Positions 1 through 15,400 of a stretch of 64,000 bases of DNA are shown in pieces. How positions within the stretch are numbered: position 1 is the first letter of the stretch; each line of letters opens with the position of its first letter. This DNA is from an uncultured delta proteobacterium (GTDB lineage Bacteria; Myxococcota_A; Polyangia; Polyangiales; Polyangiaceae). The stretch covers positions 3,488,001 through 3,552,000 of the forward strand of contig CAWDXG010000004.1 in assembly GCA_963806225.1 (NCBI GenBank), written 5' to 3'. The notes below the pieces were generated by a model. That model made no database searches and was not told the origin of the DNA. It was given only the letters and a program-made list of their open reading frames with translations. Position numbers and translations under genes: made by a program.

Positions 1-524
<524 letters not shown>

Positions 525-1859
525 TCATGCCGGCCGCCGACCGCTCAGACCGCGTGGCACGCGGGCCGGTCAGGCCCTCGTAGCTGCGCGTGATGAGGTG
601 CGCCTCGATCTGGGTAACCGTCTCGAGCGCGACGCCTACGATGATCATCAGGCTGGTGCCGCCGAACCGGAACGGCACGCGCAGGGCCGCCGTGATGAGC
701 GTGGGGACGACGCAGATGGCGGCCACGTAGAGCGAACCACCCACGGTGATCCGCGTCAGTACGCGGTCGATGTACTCGGCCGTCTGCCTGCCCGGACGGA
801 TGCCAGGAATGTTCGCCTGCTGCTTCTTCAGGTTGTCCGCGACCTCCACGGGCTGGAAGGTCACCGCCGTGTAGAAGAAGCAGAAGAAGATGATGAGCAG
901 CGCGTACAGCGTGTGGAAGACCCAGTCGCCCCGGTTCAGGATCGAGCTGAAGGTCTGCATGCCCGGCACGTTGAAGTTGGCGAGCGTGGCCGGGAACATG
1001 AGGAGGCTCGAGGCGAAGATCGGCGGGATCATGCTCGCCATGTTCACCTTGAGCGGCAGATGCGCGGTCTGCCCACCGTAGATACGCCGCCCGACTTGCC
1101 GCCGGGCGTACTGGATCGGGATCTCGCGCTGCGCCTGCTCGAAGAAGACGACGATGGCGACGCTCACCGCGAGCACGAGCACCACCATCGTGATCGTGAG
1201 CGGCTTCACCTGGCCGGCATTCTGACTGGAAGTAGTTGACGATGCCAGTCGGGATCCTGCTGACGATGCTGGCGAAGATGATCAGCGAGATGCCGTTGCC
1301 GACGCCGTGCTCGGTGGCCTGCTCGCCCAACCACATGATGAGCGCGGTGCCCGTGGTGAGCGTGACCATCGTCATCAGGCGGAATCCCCAACCGGGATGC
1401 GCCACGACGTCGCCGAAGCGCCCGCCACCCATGTCCGAGTTGTTGAGCCCCTCGAGGTACATCGCGACGCCGAACGACTGGAAGGCGCTCAGGACGATCG
1501 TGCCGTAGCGCGTCCACTGCTCGAGCTTGCGGCGCCCGGCTTCGCCTTCCTTGCGCATCTCCTCGACCTGCTTCGACACCATCCCGAGTAGCTGCAGGAT
1601 GATGCTGGCCGAGATGTACGGCATGATGCCGAGCGCGAAGATCGACAGGTTCGCGAGCGCGCCGCCCGAGAAGAGATTGAACAGGCCGAGCAGGCCCTTG
1701 CTGGCCTGCCACGATGTGGCGCATGACAGTGCGGTCCACACCCGGCGTGGTGATGAACACGCCGACCCGGTAGATCGCGAGGATGCCGAGAGTGAACGCG
1801 ATGCGCCGGCGCAGCTCCGGCACCTTGGCAATGTTCGAGAACCCGCCTGATACGGCCAT
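525..1859 (-). CDS. secY: Preprotein translocase SecY (apparent frameshifts near 1710, 1225 and ~550; 3' end approximate)
   Basis: [41 protein letters not shown] and, in the third frame, [14 protein letters not shown]; lies between rplO and adk. Confidence 0.93.
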
Positions 1860-1873
1860 GACCGGCCCTTCGC

Positions 1874-2356
1874 TTAGCTAGCGGACTCTTCGGATGTGGG
1901 CTTCTGCGCGACGACCACCGCTTTGCCGCCGGCCTTCTCGATCTTCACGAGAGCCGACTTGCTGAAGCCGTGCGCGCTGACTTCGAGCTTCTTCGTGAGC
2001 TCGCCGTCGCCGAGGATCTTGATGCGCACGCCCCGCCCCTGGACCAGCCGCTCGCTCCTGAGCGCCGCCTCGTCGACCGTGGAGCCGGCGTCGAAGCGCT
2101 CGAGGTCGCCGACGTTGATGGCAACCGTCTTGATCGGGAAGGGCACGCGGAAGCCGCGCTTCGGTAGGCGTCGCTGCATCGGCGTCTGACCACCCTGGAA
2201 ATGCAGCTTGTTGATGTTGCCGCCGGAACGAGCCTTCTGGCCCTTCTGGCCGCGCCCACCCGTCTTGCCGAGACCGCTGCCCGTGCCGCGCCCCATGCGC
2301 TTTTCGGACTGCCGGGCACCGGCCGGAGGAGCCAGGCGGGACAGGATGTCGCTCAT
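1874..2356 (-). CDS. rplO: 50S ribosomal protein L15
   Basis: GRGTGSGLGKTGGRGQKGQKAR and FQGGQTPMQRRLPKRGF. Confidence 0.98.
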   Translation of the reverse strand: MSDILSRLAPPAGARQSEKRMGRGTGSGLGKTGGRGQKGQKARSGGNINKLHFQGGQTPMQRRLPKRGFRVPFPIKTVAINVGDLERFDAGSTVDEAALRSERLVQGRGVRIKILGDGELTKKLEVSAHGFSKSALVKIEKAGGKAVVVAQKPTSEESAS

Positions 2357-2544
2357 GACTTCTTCTCCTGCACCTCGACGAGATGCATCACCTTCTTGAT
2401 CATGCCGCGGAACGACGGCGTGTTGTCGACCGTGACACTGGAGCCCGGTCCCCTGAGGCCAAGCCCTTTGAGGACACGACGCTGCGGATGCGGACGCCCG
2501 ATCTCACTGACGACCTGGCGGACCTCCAGCTTGACGGCATTCAT
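2353..2544 (-). CDS. rpmD: 50S ribosomal protein L30
   Basis: MNAVKLEV...LKGLGL...[17 protein letters not shown]; lies between rpsE and rplO; ATGA overlap. Confidence 0.95.
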   Translation of the reverse strand: MNAVKLEVRQVVSEIGRPHPQRRVLKGLGLRGPGSSVTVDNTPSFRGMIKKVMHLVEVQEKKS

Positions 2545-3125
2545 GACATGCCCCCAGGTTCGGTGGAGGCGACGATCGATGACGCCGCTGTGGCCTTGGC
2601 GGAGACCTTCGCCACCGGGTAGTCCGCGGCCACGTCTTCGACGTTCAGCCCGCGCGCGGAGGCGACAGTCTCGGGACCACGCAACGCCTTGAGTGCAGCG
2701 ACGGTCGCGTTGACGACGTTGTGCTTGTTCGACGAGCCCAGGCACTTGCTCAGGATGTCCTGGATGCCAGCGGACTCGACCACCGCGCGGACAGGACCGC
2801 CAGCGATGACGCCCGTACCCGGAGCAGCGGGCCTGAGCAGGACCTTGCCTGCCCCGAACTGGCCCACCACCGTGTGCGGCACCGTCGCGCCGATCATCGG
2901 CACCTTGAACAGGTTCTTGCGAGCCTGGTCGTTGCCCTTGCGGATGGCTTCCGGAACCTCGTTGGCCTTGCCGAGCCCGACGCCGACATGGCCGGCCTCA
3001 TCGCCCACGACCACGAGCGCCGAGAAGCTGAAGCGACGGCCACCCTTCACCACCTTGGCAACGCGGTTGATGTGGATGACGCGCTCCTTGAGCTTTTCCT
3101 CGTCCAACTGATCGAATGCCATCAT
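2541..3125 (-). CDS. rpsE: 30S ribosomal protein S5
   Basis: [24 protein letters not shown] and [12 protein letters not shown]. Confidence 0.98.
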   Translation of the reverse strand: MMAFDQLDEEKLKERVIHINRVAKVVKGGRRFSFSALVVVGDEAGHVGVGLGKANEVPEAIRKGNDQARKNLFKVPMIGATVPHTVVGQFGAGKVLLRPAAPGTGVIAGGPVRAVVESAGIQDILSKCLGSSNKHNVVNATVAALKALRGPETVASARGLNVEDVAADYPVAKVSAKATAASSIVASTEPGGMS

Positions 3126-3173
3126 TGACTCCTGGGGGTCTCCGACGTGCCGCTGCGGTCGCAGCAGCACGGT

Positions 3174-3530
3174 TCAGAACTGGAGACCGGCCTCCCGCGC
3201 AGCGTCGGCCAGAGCCTTCACGCGCCCGTGATAGAGGTAACCATTGCGGTCGAACACCACCTTGTCGACCTTCTTCTCGAGACAGATCTTCGCGATCAGG
3301 GCGCCGACCTTCTTGGCAGCGTCCATCTTCTTGTCGCCGTCGAGCGTTCCCTTGAGGTCGCGCGACAACGTGCAAGCGGCAGCAATCGTCTGCCCGGCGA
3401 CGTCGTCGACGACCTGGGCGTAGATATGCCGCGAGCTCTTGAACACACTCAGACGCGGACGCTCGTCCGTGCCCGAGATCTTGTTGCGGATGCGGAGCTT
3501 GCGCCGCTTACGACCGGTTAGCGCTTTCAT
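3174..3530 (-). CDS. rplR: 50S ribosomal protein L18
   Basis: [16 protein letters not shown] and [28 protein letters not shown]. Confidence 0.98.
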   Translation of the reverse strand: MKALTGRKRRKLRIRNKISGTDERPRLSVFKSSRHIYAQVVDDVAGQTIAAACTLSRDLKGTLDGDKKMDAAKKVGALIAKICLEKKVDKVVFDRNGYLYHGRVKALADAAREAGLQF

Positions 3531-3546
3531 CGCTTCTCTCCGTGAC

Positions 3547-4143
3547 CTACTTGCGGCCCTTGCCGGCCTTGCCCGCCTTGCGACGGATCTGCTCTCCGCG
3601 GTAGCGGACTCCCTTGCCACCATACGGCTCAGGCGGCCTGAGACTGCGCAACGAGGCAGCCACCTGACCGAGCCGGGCCTTGTCGGCCGAGCTCAGTACC
3701 AGCACCGCGCCCTTCGAGTCGCCCGGAACGACGGCCGAGACCCCTTCGGGCAGGGCGTACGCACTGGGATGCGAGAGCCCGAGCTGCAGCGTGATGGTGC
3801 GCCCCTTGACCTCTGCGCGGTAGCCGGTACCGACCAGCTCGAGCGTGCGCTCGTAGCCTTCCGCGGCGCCCTTGACCATGCTGGCCAGGAGTGCGCGCCC
3901 CAGCCCCTGCAGCCGGATCGCGTCGCGTCCCTTTGCCGAGCTCTGCACGCTGAGCACGTCACCCTCGCGGGTGATGCTGATGCTGCCCGGCAGCTCCTGC
4001 GACAGCTTGCCCTTCGGGCCCTGCACGTCGACCTTGCTGCCACTGATGTTGACGGTAACCCCCTTGGGCACCGGTACCGGGCGCTTGCCGATGCGCGATT
4101 GCTTGCGCACGGGCGTGCTTGTCTGCGTTTCGGCCGACATCAC
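3547..4143 (-). CDS. rplF: 50S ribosomal protein L6
   Basis: SRIGKRPV and [13 protein letters not shown]; short N-terminal extension. Confidence 0.97.
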   Translation of the reverse strand: MMSAETQTSTPVRKQSRIGKRPVPVPKGVTVNISGSKVDVQGPKGKLSQELPGSISITREGDVLSVQSSAKGRDAIRLQGLGRALLASMVKGAAEGYERTLELVGTGYRAEVKGRTITLQLGLSHPSAYALPEGVSAVVPGDSKGAVLVLSSADKARLGQVAASLRSLRPPEPYGGKGVRYRGEQIRRKAGKAGKGRK

Positions 4144-4541
4144 CAGACCTCACACAAGAGTTCGCCGCCGACCTTCTTCTGGCGGGCTTCCTTGTCCGTC
4201 ATCAGACCGCGGGAGGTGCTCAGGATGGAGACGCCCAGACCACTGAGCACCCGCGGGATCTCGTCGTGGCGCACGTAGACGCGACGCCCCGGGCGGGAAA
4301 CCCTTTTCAGCCCGATGAAAGCCGCGCCGCGCTCACGCCCGTACTTGAGCGTGATCGTAATGGTCTGGCGCCTCTGCGGGCCCCATTCCTCGGTGCGCAC
4401 GTCGGCGATGAAGCCTTCCTGCTTGAGGATCTCGGCGATCGCCTTCTTCATCTTGCTCGCCGGGACGTGGGTGGTCTCGTGGCGAGCCATGGCCGCATTG
4501 CGGATGCGGGACAACATGTCGGCAACGGGATCGGTCATCAT
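4140..4541 (-). CDS. rpsH: 30S ribosomal protein S8
   Basis: [24 protein letters not shown] and GGELLCEVW. Confidence 0.98.
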   Translation of the reverse strand: MMTDPVADMLSRIRNAAMARHETTHVPASKMKKAIAEILKQEGFIADVRTEEWGPQRRQTITITLKYGRERGAAFIGLKRVSRPGRRVYVRHDEIPRVLSGLGVSILSTSRGLMTDKEARQKKVGGELLCEVW

Positions 4542-4545
4542 GGGA

Positions 4546-4731
4546 TCACCAACTCGCCTTCGTCACGCCGGGGAGCTCGCCCTTGAGTGCCAGCTGACGC
4601 ATGCATATGCGGCACAGCTTGAAGTCGCGGTACACACCCCGCGACCGACCGCACACATGGCAGCGGTTGACCACGCGGGTCGAGAACTTGGGAGGACGAT
4701 TCATCTTCGCCCATTGCGATGCACGTGCCAT
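4546..4731 (-). CDS. rpsN: 30S ribosomal protein S14, type Z (Zn-binding)
   Basis: 61 aa with RCHVCGR...LCRIC (two CxxC motifs) and [10 protein letters not shown]. Confidence 0.97.
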   Translation of the reverse strand: MARASQWAKMNRPPKFSTRVVNRCHVCGRSRGVYRDFKLCRICMRQLALKGELPGVTKASW

Positions 4732-4735
4732 CGAT

Positions 4736-5299
4736 TCAGCTCCTGAAAGGCATCCCGAGGCCGCCGAGTAGCGCCTTGGCCTCGTCGTTCGTCCCAGCCG
4801 AGGTGACGAAAGTAATGTTCATGCCCTTGATCATGTCGACCTTGTCGAAGTCGATCTCCGGAAACACGATCTGCTCCTTGAGACCCAGGGTGTAGTTGCC
4901 CGCGCCGTCGAAGGCCTTGGGGCTGGTACCGCGGAAGTCACGCACGCGCGGAAGGCTGAGCGTGACCAGTCGGTCGAGGAACTCCCACATGCGCTCGCGC
5001 CTGAGCGTCACCTTGACGCCGATAGGCATGTTCTCGCGCAGCTTGAATGTGGCGATCGACTTGCGGGCGCGCGTCACGATCGGCTTCTGGCCGGTGATGG
5101 CTGCCATCTCCTGCACTGCCGAATCGATGATCTTCGGGTTGGCGACCGCCTCACCGAGGCCCATGTTGACCACGATCTTCTGAAGCCGTGGCACCTGCAT
5201 CGGGTTCTTGTACCCGAAGCGCTTCATGAGCGACGGCACGACTTCCGCCTTGTACTTGTCGCGAAGCCGCGGCTCCACTGTGTGTTCTGCGTCTGCCAT
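4736..5299 (-). CDS. rplE: 50S ribosomal protein L5
   Basis: [17 protein letters not shown] and LPRVRDFRG. Confidence 0.98.
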   Translation of the reverse strand: MADAEHTVEPRLRDKYKAEVVPSLMKRFGYKNPMQVPRLQKIVVNMGLGEAVANPKIIDSAVQEMAAITGQKPIVTRARKSIATFKLRENMPIGVKVTLRRERMWEFLDRLVTLSLPRVRDFRGTSPKAFDGAGNYTLGLKEQIVFPEIDFDKVDMIKGMNITFVTSAGTNDEAKALLGGLGMPFRS

Positions 5300-5301
5300 G
5301 A

Positions 5302-5622
5302 CTAATCCTGGGACGGCGAGATCTCCGCCCCGCCCCTGACGGCGATGCGCGTCTTCTCGGTGCCTTCGTTCTGGTGACGAACGCGGGTCCGCTTGCCCGA
5401 TTCCGGATCCACCGGCATGACCTTGCTCGCGTGAAGGGGCGCCTCGACCTCGAGGATCCCGCCAGGGCGGTCCGGTGTGGCGCGGATGTGGCGCTTCACC
5501 ATGTTCACGCCCTCGACCACCACGGCGTTCTTTTCCGTGAGCACGCGGCTGATGCGCCCGCGCTTGCCCTTGTCGTTGCCGCGGATGACCACGACATCGT
5601 CGCCGACCCTCAGCCTTTCCAT
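5302..5622 (-). CDS. rplX: 50S ribosomal protein L24
   Basis: [22 protein letters not shown] (KOW motif), VEGVN and EAPLHASKV. Confidence 0.97.
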   Translation of the reverse strand: MERLRVGDDVVVIRGNDKGKRGRISRVLTEKNAVVVEGVNMVKRHIRATPDRPGGILEVEAPLHASKVMPVDPESGKRTRVRHQNEGTEKTRIAVRGGAEISPSQD

Positions 5623-5990
5623 CACAGCACCTCCGGTGCCAGCGAGATGATCTTCATGAACCGCTTGCCGCGCAGCTCGCGAGCCACGGGCCCGAAAATG
5701 CGGGTGCCCACCGGCTCCATCTGCGCGTTGATCAACACAGCGCTGTTCTCGTCGAACTTGATGTAGCTGCCGTCGGGGCGGCGATGCTCGCGCTTGGTGC
5801 GGACGACCACTGCCTTGGCGGTGTCGCCCTTCTTCACCTTGCTGTTCGGCAGGGCTTCCTTGACGCTCACGACGATGATGTCGCCGAGATGTGCGTAGCG
5901 ACGCCGCGACCCGCCCAGCACCTTGATGCACTGGACGACCTTCGCGCCGGAGTTGTCCGCGACGGCAAGAACGGACTCTGCCTGGATCAT
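5622..5990 (-). CDS. rplN: 50S ribosomal protein L14
   Basis: [20 protein letters not shown] and [10 protein letters not shown]. Confidence 0.99.
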   Translation of the reverse strand: MIQAESVLAVADNSGAKVVQCIKVLGGSRRRYAHLGDIIVVSVKEALPNSKVKKGDTAKAVVVRTKREHRRPDGSYIKFDENSAVLINAQMEPVGTRIFGPVARELRGKRFMKIISLAPEVL

Positions 5991-5991
5991 T

Positions 5992-6285
5992 TCAGCTCAG
6001 CTCCTGCACGGCGCGCTCGATGAGCCGGGTGACCATCCACCGCTTGTTCTTCGAGACGGGACGGTGCTCGAGGATCTCGACCCGGTCGCCTACGCGGTAC
6101 TCGTTCTTTTCGTCGTGCGCCTTGTACTTGCGGCGGACGCGGACGTACTTCTTGTACATCGGGTCCATTTTGTAGCGGACCACCTCGACCATGACCGTCT
6201 TGTCCATCTTGTTGCTGGACACGCGGCCAATGAGCGCACGGCGGCGGACCGGTCGCGTCCTTTCTGCCTCGGCTGCGTCGCTCAT
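5992..6285 (-). CDS. rpsQ: 30S ribosomal protein S17
   Basis: [18 protein letters not shown] and RPVSKNKRW. Confidence 0.98.
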   Translation of the reverse strand: MSDAAEAERTRPVRRRALIGRVSSNKMDKTVMVEVVRYKMDPMYKKYVRVRRKYKAHDEKNEYRVGDRVEILEHRPVSKNKRWMVTRLIERAVQELS

Positions 6286-6502
6286 GACTCGTCTCCTTGT
6301 TCACCCGCGGCCGCCTCGAGCTTGCGCCCATGGAGGATCAGCTCGATGCGGGAGATATCCTTCCGCGATTTATCGATCAGGCTCGTGTCATCGAGCTGGT
6401 TCGTGAAGTTCTTCATCCGGTAGGAGAAGAGATCCTTCTTGATCATCGACTTCAGCTCGACGAGATCCTCCGTCGAGCGCTCGCGCAGATCCTTGGCCTT
6501 CA

Positions 6503-6506
<4 letters not shown>
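6282..6506 (-). CDS. rpmC: 50S ribosomal protein L29
   Basis: MKAKDLRE...RKDISRI; lies between rplP and rpsQ. Confidence 0.95.
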
Positions 6507-6916
<410 letters not shown>

Positions 6917-6919
6917 GAC

Positions 6920-7615
6920 TCACTCGTTCGGGATGCGGCGGGCCTTGCGCTGAAGGACCTCGCCTTTGAAAATCCAGACCTTGATGCCGATGCTGCCCTG
7001 GGTGGTGCGGGCCTCGGCGAGACCAAAGTCGACATCCGCGCGCAGGGTGTGCAGCGGGACGCGACCCTCGCGGTACGTCTCGACGCGCCCCATCTCGGAG
7101 CCGCCCAGACGACCGGCGCAGCGGATGCGCACGCCCTTGGCGCCGAACTTCATGGCCGTCGACAGCGCCTTCTTCATTGCGCGACGGAAAGCGATGCGCC
7201 GCTCGAGCTGCGTGGCGATGTTCTCGGCGACGAGCTGCGCGTTGGTCTCGGCCTTGCGCACTTCCTGCACGTCGATGAACACCTCGTTGTCGGTGAACGA
7301 CTGCACGCCGGCGAAACGGGTTTCGCCCTTGGCTGCGCTGTCGAGGTTACCGCTCTTGAGGATCTCGATGCCCTTGCCACCCTTGCCGATCACCATGCCG
7401 GGGCGAGCCGTGTAGACGATGACCTTCGCCTTGTTTGCAGCGCGCTCGACCTCCACGCTCGCGACGTTCGCGTTGTAGAGGTAGTCCTTGACCGCGCGCT
7501 TGATGCGAATGTCCTCGTGCAGCCACTTGGTGTACTGCTTGTCCTCGTACCACTTGCTGGTCCACGTCTTGATGACGCCGAGGCGAAAGCCGTACGGATG
7601 CGTCTTCTGTCCCAT
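6920..7615 (-). CDS. rpsC: 30S ribosomal protein S3 (short insertion in the KH domain)
   Basis: [24 protein letters not shown] and [14 protein letters not shown]. Confidence 0.98.
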   Translation of the reverse strand: MGQKTHPYGFRLGVIKTWTSKWYEDKQYTKWLHEDIRIKRAVKDYLYNANVASVEVERAANKAKVIVYTARPGMVIGKGGKGIEILKSGNLDSAAKGETRFAGVQSFTDNEVFIDVQEVRKAETNAQLVAENIATQLERRIAFRRAMKKALSTAMKFGAKGVRIRCAGRLGGSEMGRVETYREGRVPLHTLRADVDFGLAEARTTQGSIGIKVWIFKGEVLQRKARRIPNE

Positions 7616-7642
7616 GTCGCCGTGTTCTCCGCTCGCTGCGCG

Positions 7643-7984
7643 CTAGCGCTGATCGAGCTCGATGTGGATGTGGCTGATGCCCTTGGTTACACGCGTGGCG
7701 CGGCCCATCGCGCGCGGACGCCAGCGGCGCATGTGCGCATCGGGCGCCTTGTCTACCGTGGCCTTGCTGACGAACAGCTCGTCCACGTCGACATCGGGGC
7801 GTTTGGAGCGCGCGTTCGCGATGGCACTCGCGATCAGCTTCTTGACGAAGGGCGCGCCCGCCTTCGGGGTGAAGTCCAGAAGCTGGAGAGCTTCCGACGC
7901 ATCACGCCCGCGGACGAGGTTGACGATCATGCGCGCTTTGCGCGGACTGATCCTCTGGTACTTAGCTTTTGCCTGGCTGATCAT
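7643..7984 (-). CDS. rplV: 50S ribosomal protein L22
   Basis: RISPRKAR, SAIANA and PRAMGRA...SHIHI; RBS AAGGA upstream of the ATG at 7984. Confidence 0.97.
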   Translation of the reverse strand: MISQAKAKYQRISPRKARMIVNLVRGRDASEALQLLDFTPKAGAPFVKKLIASAIANARSKRPDVDVDELFVSKATVDKAPDAHMRRWRPRAMGRATRVTKGISHIHIELDQR

Positions 7985-8073
7985 CGCGACAGTTTCCTTT
8001 GCTGGACCCGTCGTCCCCCGAGGCGGCGAATCCGCTGCCCCGGCAACCGTCATTCCGGCAGCTGCCGCGGCAG

Positions 8074-8101
8074 AAAAACAATGGCGGCCCCGAGGGGCCG
8101 C
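8074..8101 (-). terminator. Terminator/attenuator-like hairpin in the rplV 5' leader
   Basis: Minus strand GCGGCCC-CTCG-GGGCCGC followed by CATTGTTTTT. Confidence 0.45.
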
Positions 8102-8186
8102 GCCGCGCGCCGCCTACCGGGGCGGCTGTCGCCGCCCGCCCCGCCGACAATGCCGGTACGGGAAGGGCGCCGAAAAAGGGGACCGC

Positions 8187-8215
8187 TTACTAGCAAAGGG
8201 GGACCGGCTGCGCAA
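8187..8215 (-). promoter_or_regulatory. Candidate sigma70-type promoter for the rplV...adk half of the split S10/spc operon
   Basis: Minus strand TTGCGC-N17-TAGTAA with a TG extended -10; overlaps the direct repeat AAAGGGG(G)ACCG at ~8175 and ~8195. Confidence 0.35.
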
Positions 8216-8424
8216 GCGGCGCGAAGCGACTTCGCCTTGTTTTCGCGCTACTGCTCATCCGTACCCCGATCGCCATTCCAGTGTCGACGCAATTGCGGCC
8301 GGGTCGGGCGGGGGCTCGCCCGGCGCTGCATCGATCGACCGCGGGGACCGTCGAACCTGGACGGGCTCGCGCCCACCGGGCGGGAGCTAGCACCCCTGGA
8401 CTTCTTGATGGGAGGGCCTTTCGC

Positions 8425-9305
8425 ATGCGCATGAACCTCGAACGCTTCCTGGCGACGACAGCGATACTTGCGGTGGCGGCTGCAGCAGGCGCCGGCTGCG
8501 TCGTCAACCAGACCGTGACGCCGGGCAACGACGCCGGCACCGGCGGCTCGGGCGGCGGCAGCGCGGGTAGCGGCGGCAGCGCGGGCAGCGGCGGCAGCGC
8601 GGGCACGGCGGCGGCAGCGCGGGCAGCGGCGGCAGCGCGGGCAGCGGCGGCAGCGCGGGCAGCGGCGGCAGCGCGGGCAGCGGCGGCAGCGCGGGCAGCG
8701 GCGGCAGCGCGGGCAGCGGCGGCAGCGCGGGCAGCGGCGGCAGCGGCGGCAGCGCGGGCAGCGGCGGAGCCGGTGGTACGGGCGGGGCCGATGGCGGCGC
8801 CTGCCTGGGCGACACCAGCACGAGCGACGCCGGCACCATTCCGCAGAACGCCTGCGACAGCCTGCCGTACGCGAGCACGACCTGCAGCGTCGACGGCGGC
8901 TCGACGATCCCCATCGCGCTCGACTTCTGCCAGCGGATGCAGAAGCACGCGCGTGCTGGCGTGTTCGAGGCGTTCGAGAACTGCCTCGCGAACATCACGG
9001 GCGACGCCTGCAACGACGCGGCCCGCGCCACCGACGTGCAGAAGTGCATCGACCAGGTGTTCCCCCAGGCCTGCGTCGCTCCGCCCTTCGCCTACGACGG
9101 CGGCTCGGTGAGCTGCGCCGACGTGGCTGGCTCCTGCAACGGGATCAGCGAAGCCCAGTGCAACGCCGCGATCAGCGCGTACGATGCCACGACGCGCGAG
9201 GACATCTACTACTGCTACGACGGCCAGACGACGACGACGCCGAACACCGGCGACTGCGCGACGGACTTCGTGGACTGCGCGTACTACATCGACGACTATC
9301 TGTAG
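8425..9305 (+). CDS. Cys-rich lipoprotein with a (GGSAGS)n linker; 1-nt frameshift near 8605 inside the repeat
   Basis: RBS GGGAGG; signal MRMNLERFLATTAILAVAAAAGAG-C; after the shift the frame reads GGSAGS repeats then GACLGD...NACDSLP...FCQR and joins ORF 8937-9305, which has many Cys. Confidence 0.8.
8554..8762 (+). repeat. Tandem 18-bp repeat GGCGGCAGCGCGGGCAGC, ~11 copies (encodes GGSAGS)
   Basis: Read directly; one half unit at 8736-8744 and one broken unit at ~8605. Confidence 0.95.
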
Positions 9306-9378
9306 GCGGCCAACCGGAGGCGGCGCTCGGTGACTGGACCGGTGCGCCGTCCGCAGATCCGGTGACCTGCGAGCAAGC

Positions 9379-9660
9379 CTAGCGCTTGCCCTTGCCCTTC
9401 TTGTCGCCCGCGTGACCGTGGAACGTCCGGGTCGGAGCGAACTCGCCCAGCTTGTGCCCGACCATGTTCTCGGTAACGAACACCGGCACGAACTTGCGGC
9501 CGTTGTGGACGGCGAAGGTGAGCCCCACTGCTTCCGGGAAGATCGTGGAACGGCGCGACCAGGTCTTGATGACCTTCTTTGAACCCGAGGACCGGGCGTC
9601 CTCGATCTTCTTGAACAGGTGGCCGTCGATGAACGGGCCCTTGTTGATACTACGCGCCAT
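9379..9660 (-). CDS. rpsS: 30S ribosomal protein S19
   Basis: [20 protein letters not shown] and [13 protein letters not shown]. Confidence 0.99.
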   Translation of the reverse strand: MARSINKGPFIDGHLFKKIEDARSSGSKKVIKTWSRRSTIFPEAVGLTFAVHNGRKFVPVFVTENMVGHKLGEFAPTRTFHGHAGDKKGKGKR

Positions 9661-9663
9661 TGG

Positions 9664-10492
9664 TCACTTCGCCTTCCGCTTCTTGACGATCATGGAATCG
9701 GTGCGCTTGTTGTTGCGCGTCTTCATGCCCTTGGCGAGCTTGCCCCAGGGCGAGCACGGGTGACGGCCACCGCTAGTGCGGCCTTCGCCGCCGCCCATCG
9801 GATGATCGACGGGGTTCATGGTGACGCCGCGGTTGTGCGGGCGCCGGCCGAGCCAGCGGGCACGCCCGGCCTTGCCGAGCTTGATGTTCTGGTGCTCGAT
9901 GTTGGAAACCTGTCCAATGGTCGCCCGGCACAGCACGTGGATGCGCCGCACCTCGCCGCTGGGCAGCTTGACCTGGGCGTAGTCGCCGTCCTTGGCCATG
10001 AGCTGGGCGGCGACGCCGGCCGAACGGACCAGCTGTCCACCCTTGCCCCGCTTCATCTCGATGTTGTGGATCGTCGTGCCTGCGGGGATGTCGTGCAAGC
10101 GCCAGGCAGTTGCCGGGGCGGATGTCCGCTTCGCGGCTCGAGATGATCTCGTCGCCCTGCTTGAGCCCGTCGGGAGCCAGGATGTAGCGCTTCTCGCCGT
10201 CGGCATAGTGGAGCAGAGCGATGCGTGCGGTGCGGTTCGGGTCGTACTCGATGTGAGCAACCTTCGCCGGCACGCCGATCTTGTTCCGCTTGAAGTCGAT
10301 GATGCGATAGCGCTTCTTGTGACCGCCGCCGCGGAAGCGGCTGGTCACCCGTCCGTAGTTGTTGCGCCCGCCGGTGCTGGACTTGGCGTCCAGCAGCTTG
10401 CGCAGCGGCTTGTCGGTCGTGATGTCCGCGAAGTCGCTGCAGGTGTAGAAGCGGCGACCCGCCGATGTCGGCTTGAAGGCCCGGATACCCAT
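9664..10492 (-). CDS. rplB: 50S ribosomal protein L2 (apparent +1 frameshift near 10097)
   Basis: [15 protein letters not shown] and IEYDPNR in one frame; [30 protein letters not shown] in the next. Confidence 0.96.
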
Positions 10493-10496
10493 CGGT

Positions 10497-10790
10497 CTAC
10501 TCCTCGGATTCCTCGAAGAACTGGATGTCGTCGCCCGTACGCAGCGTGACGATCGCCTTCTTCCAGTTACGTCGCTTGGCCAGACGGCGTCCCATGCGCT
10601 TGCGCTTGCCGCGCTGCACGAGTGTGTTCACGTCGGTGACCTTGACATCGAATAGCGTCTCGACCGCGTCGCGGATCTGCATCTTGTTGGCTTCGGGCGC
10701 GACCTCGAACACGACCTGGTTGTTTTCTTTGAGGCGGGAAGCCTTCTCGGTCAGCGCGATCGGGCGCTTGATGATGTGCTCGGGATTCAT
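10497..10790 (-). CDS. rplW: 50S ribosomal protein L23
   Basis: [13 protein letters not shown] and WKKAIVTL. Confidence 0.97.
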   Translation of the reverse strand: MNPEHIIKRPIALTEKASRLKENNQVVFEVAPEANKMQIRDAVETLFDVKVTDVNTLVQRGKRKRMGRRLAKRRNWKKAIVTLRTGDDIQFFEESEE

Positions 10791-11422
10791 GACTTCTCTC
10801 CCAGGCAGCGGGCCTCGAGCGCCTTGGCGGCATCCTTCGACACGACCAGATGGTCGTGACGCAGGAGGTCGTAGACGTTGACGCCTTCGGGCGGCAGGAA
10901 CTGGTTGTCGCTCATGTTGCGGATCGACAGCCTGAGCGTCTCGTTGCCCTTGTCGTCGACCACCAGCACCTTCGTGGGCGCCTGGAGCGTCGACAGCACA
11001 CTGGCGAGCTTCTTGGTCTTGATCTCGCCGAGGTCGATGTTCTCGACCACGGTCAGACGACCTTCCTTGAGCATCAAGCTCAAGGCGCTCTTCAGGGCAC
11101 CGATGCGCACGCGGCGCGGCGGCCGGTAGCTCCAGTCCTGCGGCTTCGGGGGATGGGCCCGCCCGCCGCCGACGAAGATCGGCGCGCGGATGGAACCGTG
11201 ACGCGCGCGACCTGTGCCCTTCTGCCGGTAGATCTTCTTGCTCGAACCGCGCACTGCGGCGCGCTCCTTGCCGGCACGGGTGCCTGCGCGACGCGATGCG
11301 AGCTGCGCAGTGACCACTTCGTGGAAGAGGTGTTCCTTGACCTCGGCGGCAAATACCTCGTCCGCCAGGTCCACCTCGCCCACCTTTTCGCGCTTGAGGT
11401 TGAAAACGTTGACCTTCGCCAT
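10787..11422 (-). CDS. rplD: 50S ribosomal protein L4
   Basis: [22 protein letters not shown] and LSIRN...VNVYDLL. Confidence 0.98.
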   Translation of the reverse strand: MAKVNVFNLKREKVGEVDLADEVFAAEVKEHLFHEVVTAQLASRRAGTRAGKERAAVRGSSKKIYRQKGTGRARHGSIRAPIFVGGGRAHPPKPQDWSYRPPRRVRIGALKSALSLMLKEGRLTVVENIDLGEIKTKKLASVLSTLQAPTKVLVVDDKGNETLRLSIRNMSDNQFLPPEGVNVYDLLRHDHLVVSKDAAKALEARCLGEKS

Positions 11423-11432
11423 GGAGCCCTCT

Positions 11433-11744
<312 letters not shown>

Positions 11745-11826
11745 CGCTACACTTTGCTTTCTCCAGGGGGGGACGAGAGCGGCCGGCACGTGGCGAACAC
11801 TGCCAGCCGACACCCGGCGCGTTCGC

Positions 11827-13017
<1,191 letters not shown>

Positions 13018-13033
13018 CGGATCCTCTCTTCTC

Positions 13034-15151
<2,118 letters not shown>

Positions 15152-15400
15152 GTTGGTCTCTTGATTTCCGGAAAGGTCCTGTTCGGGGGCGTCACAGACG
15201 AAACCCCCTCCGGCTTCCAGCTCCCCGTCGTTTTCGGGGGCTTCTTCATTCCGGAAGGGGTGTCGGGGTACGTCGAGCCGTCTCATCGACGGGACGCCAG
15301 AGGCGCCTTTCGCGTAACCCGATCCTATGTCGTCGCCAGCATTGCTGTCCTGGTTGACTCCGTGCTGCTTCGTCCCTTTGGAAAAATCGAGCTGCCGCCG

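Noticed and set aside
8554..8762. Regular short repeats as a possible CRISPR array
   Set aside because: The units are contiguous with no unique spacers, encode a Gly/Ser linker, and no cas genes are present.
8190..9049. Minus-strand Ala-rich and PALPPL-repeat ORFs
   Set aside because: They are alternative-frame readings of the 18-bp repeat; the plus-strand lipoprotein has an RBS, a signal peptide and a coherent Cys domain.
15270..15320. Hammerhead-like words (GATGAG...CGAAA) in the rpsG-fusA spacer
   Set aside because: The core CUGAUGA is not present and the element order does not fit.
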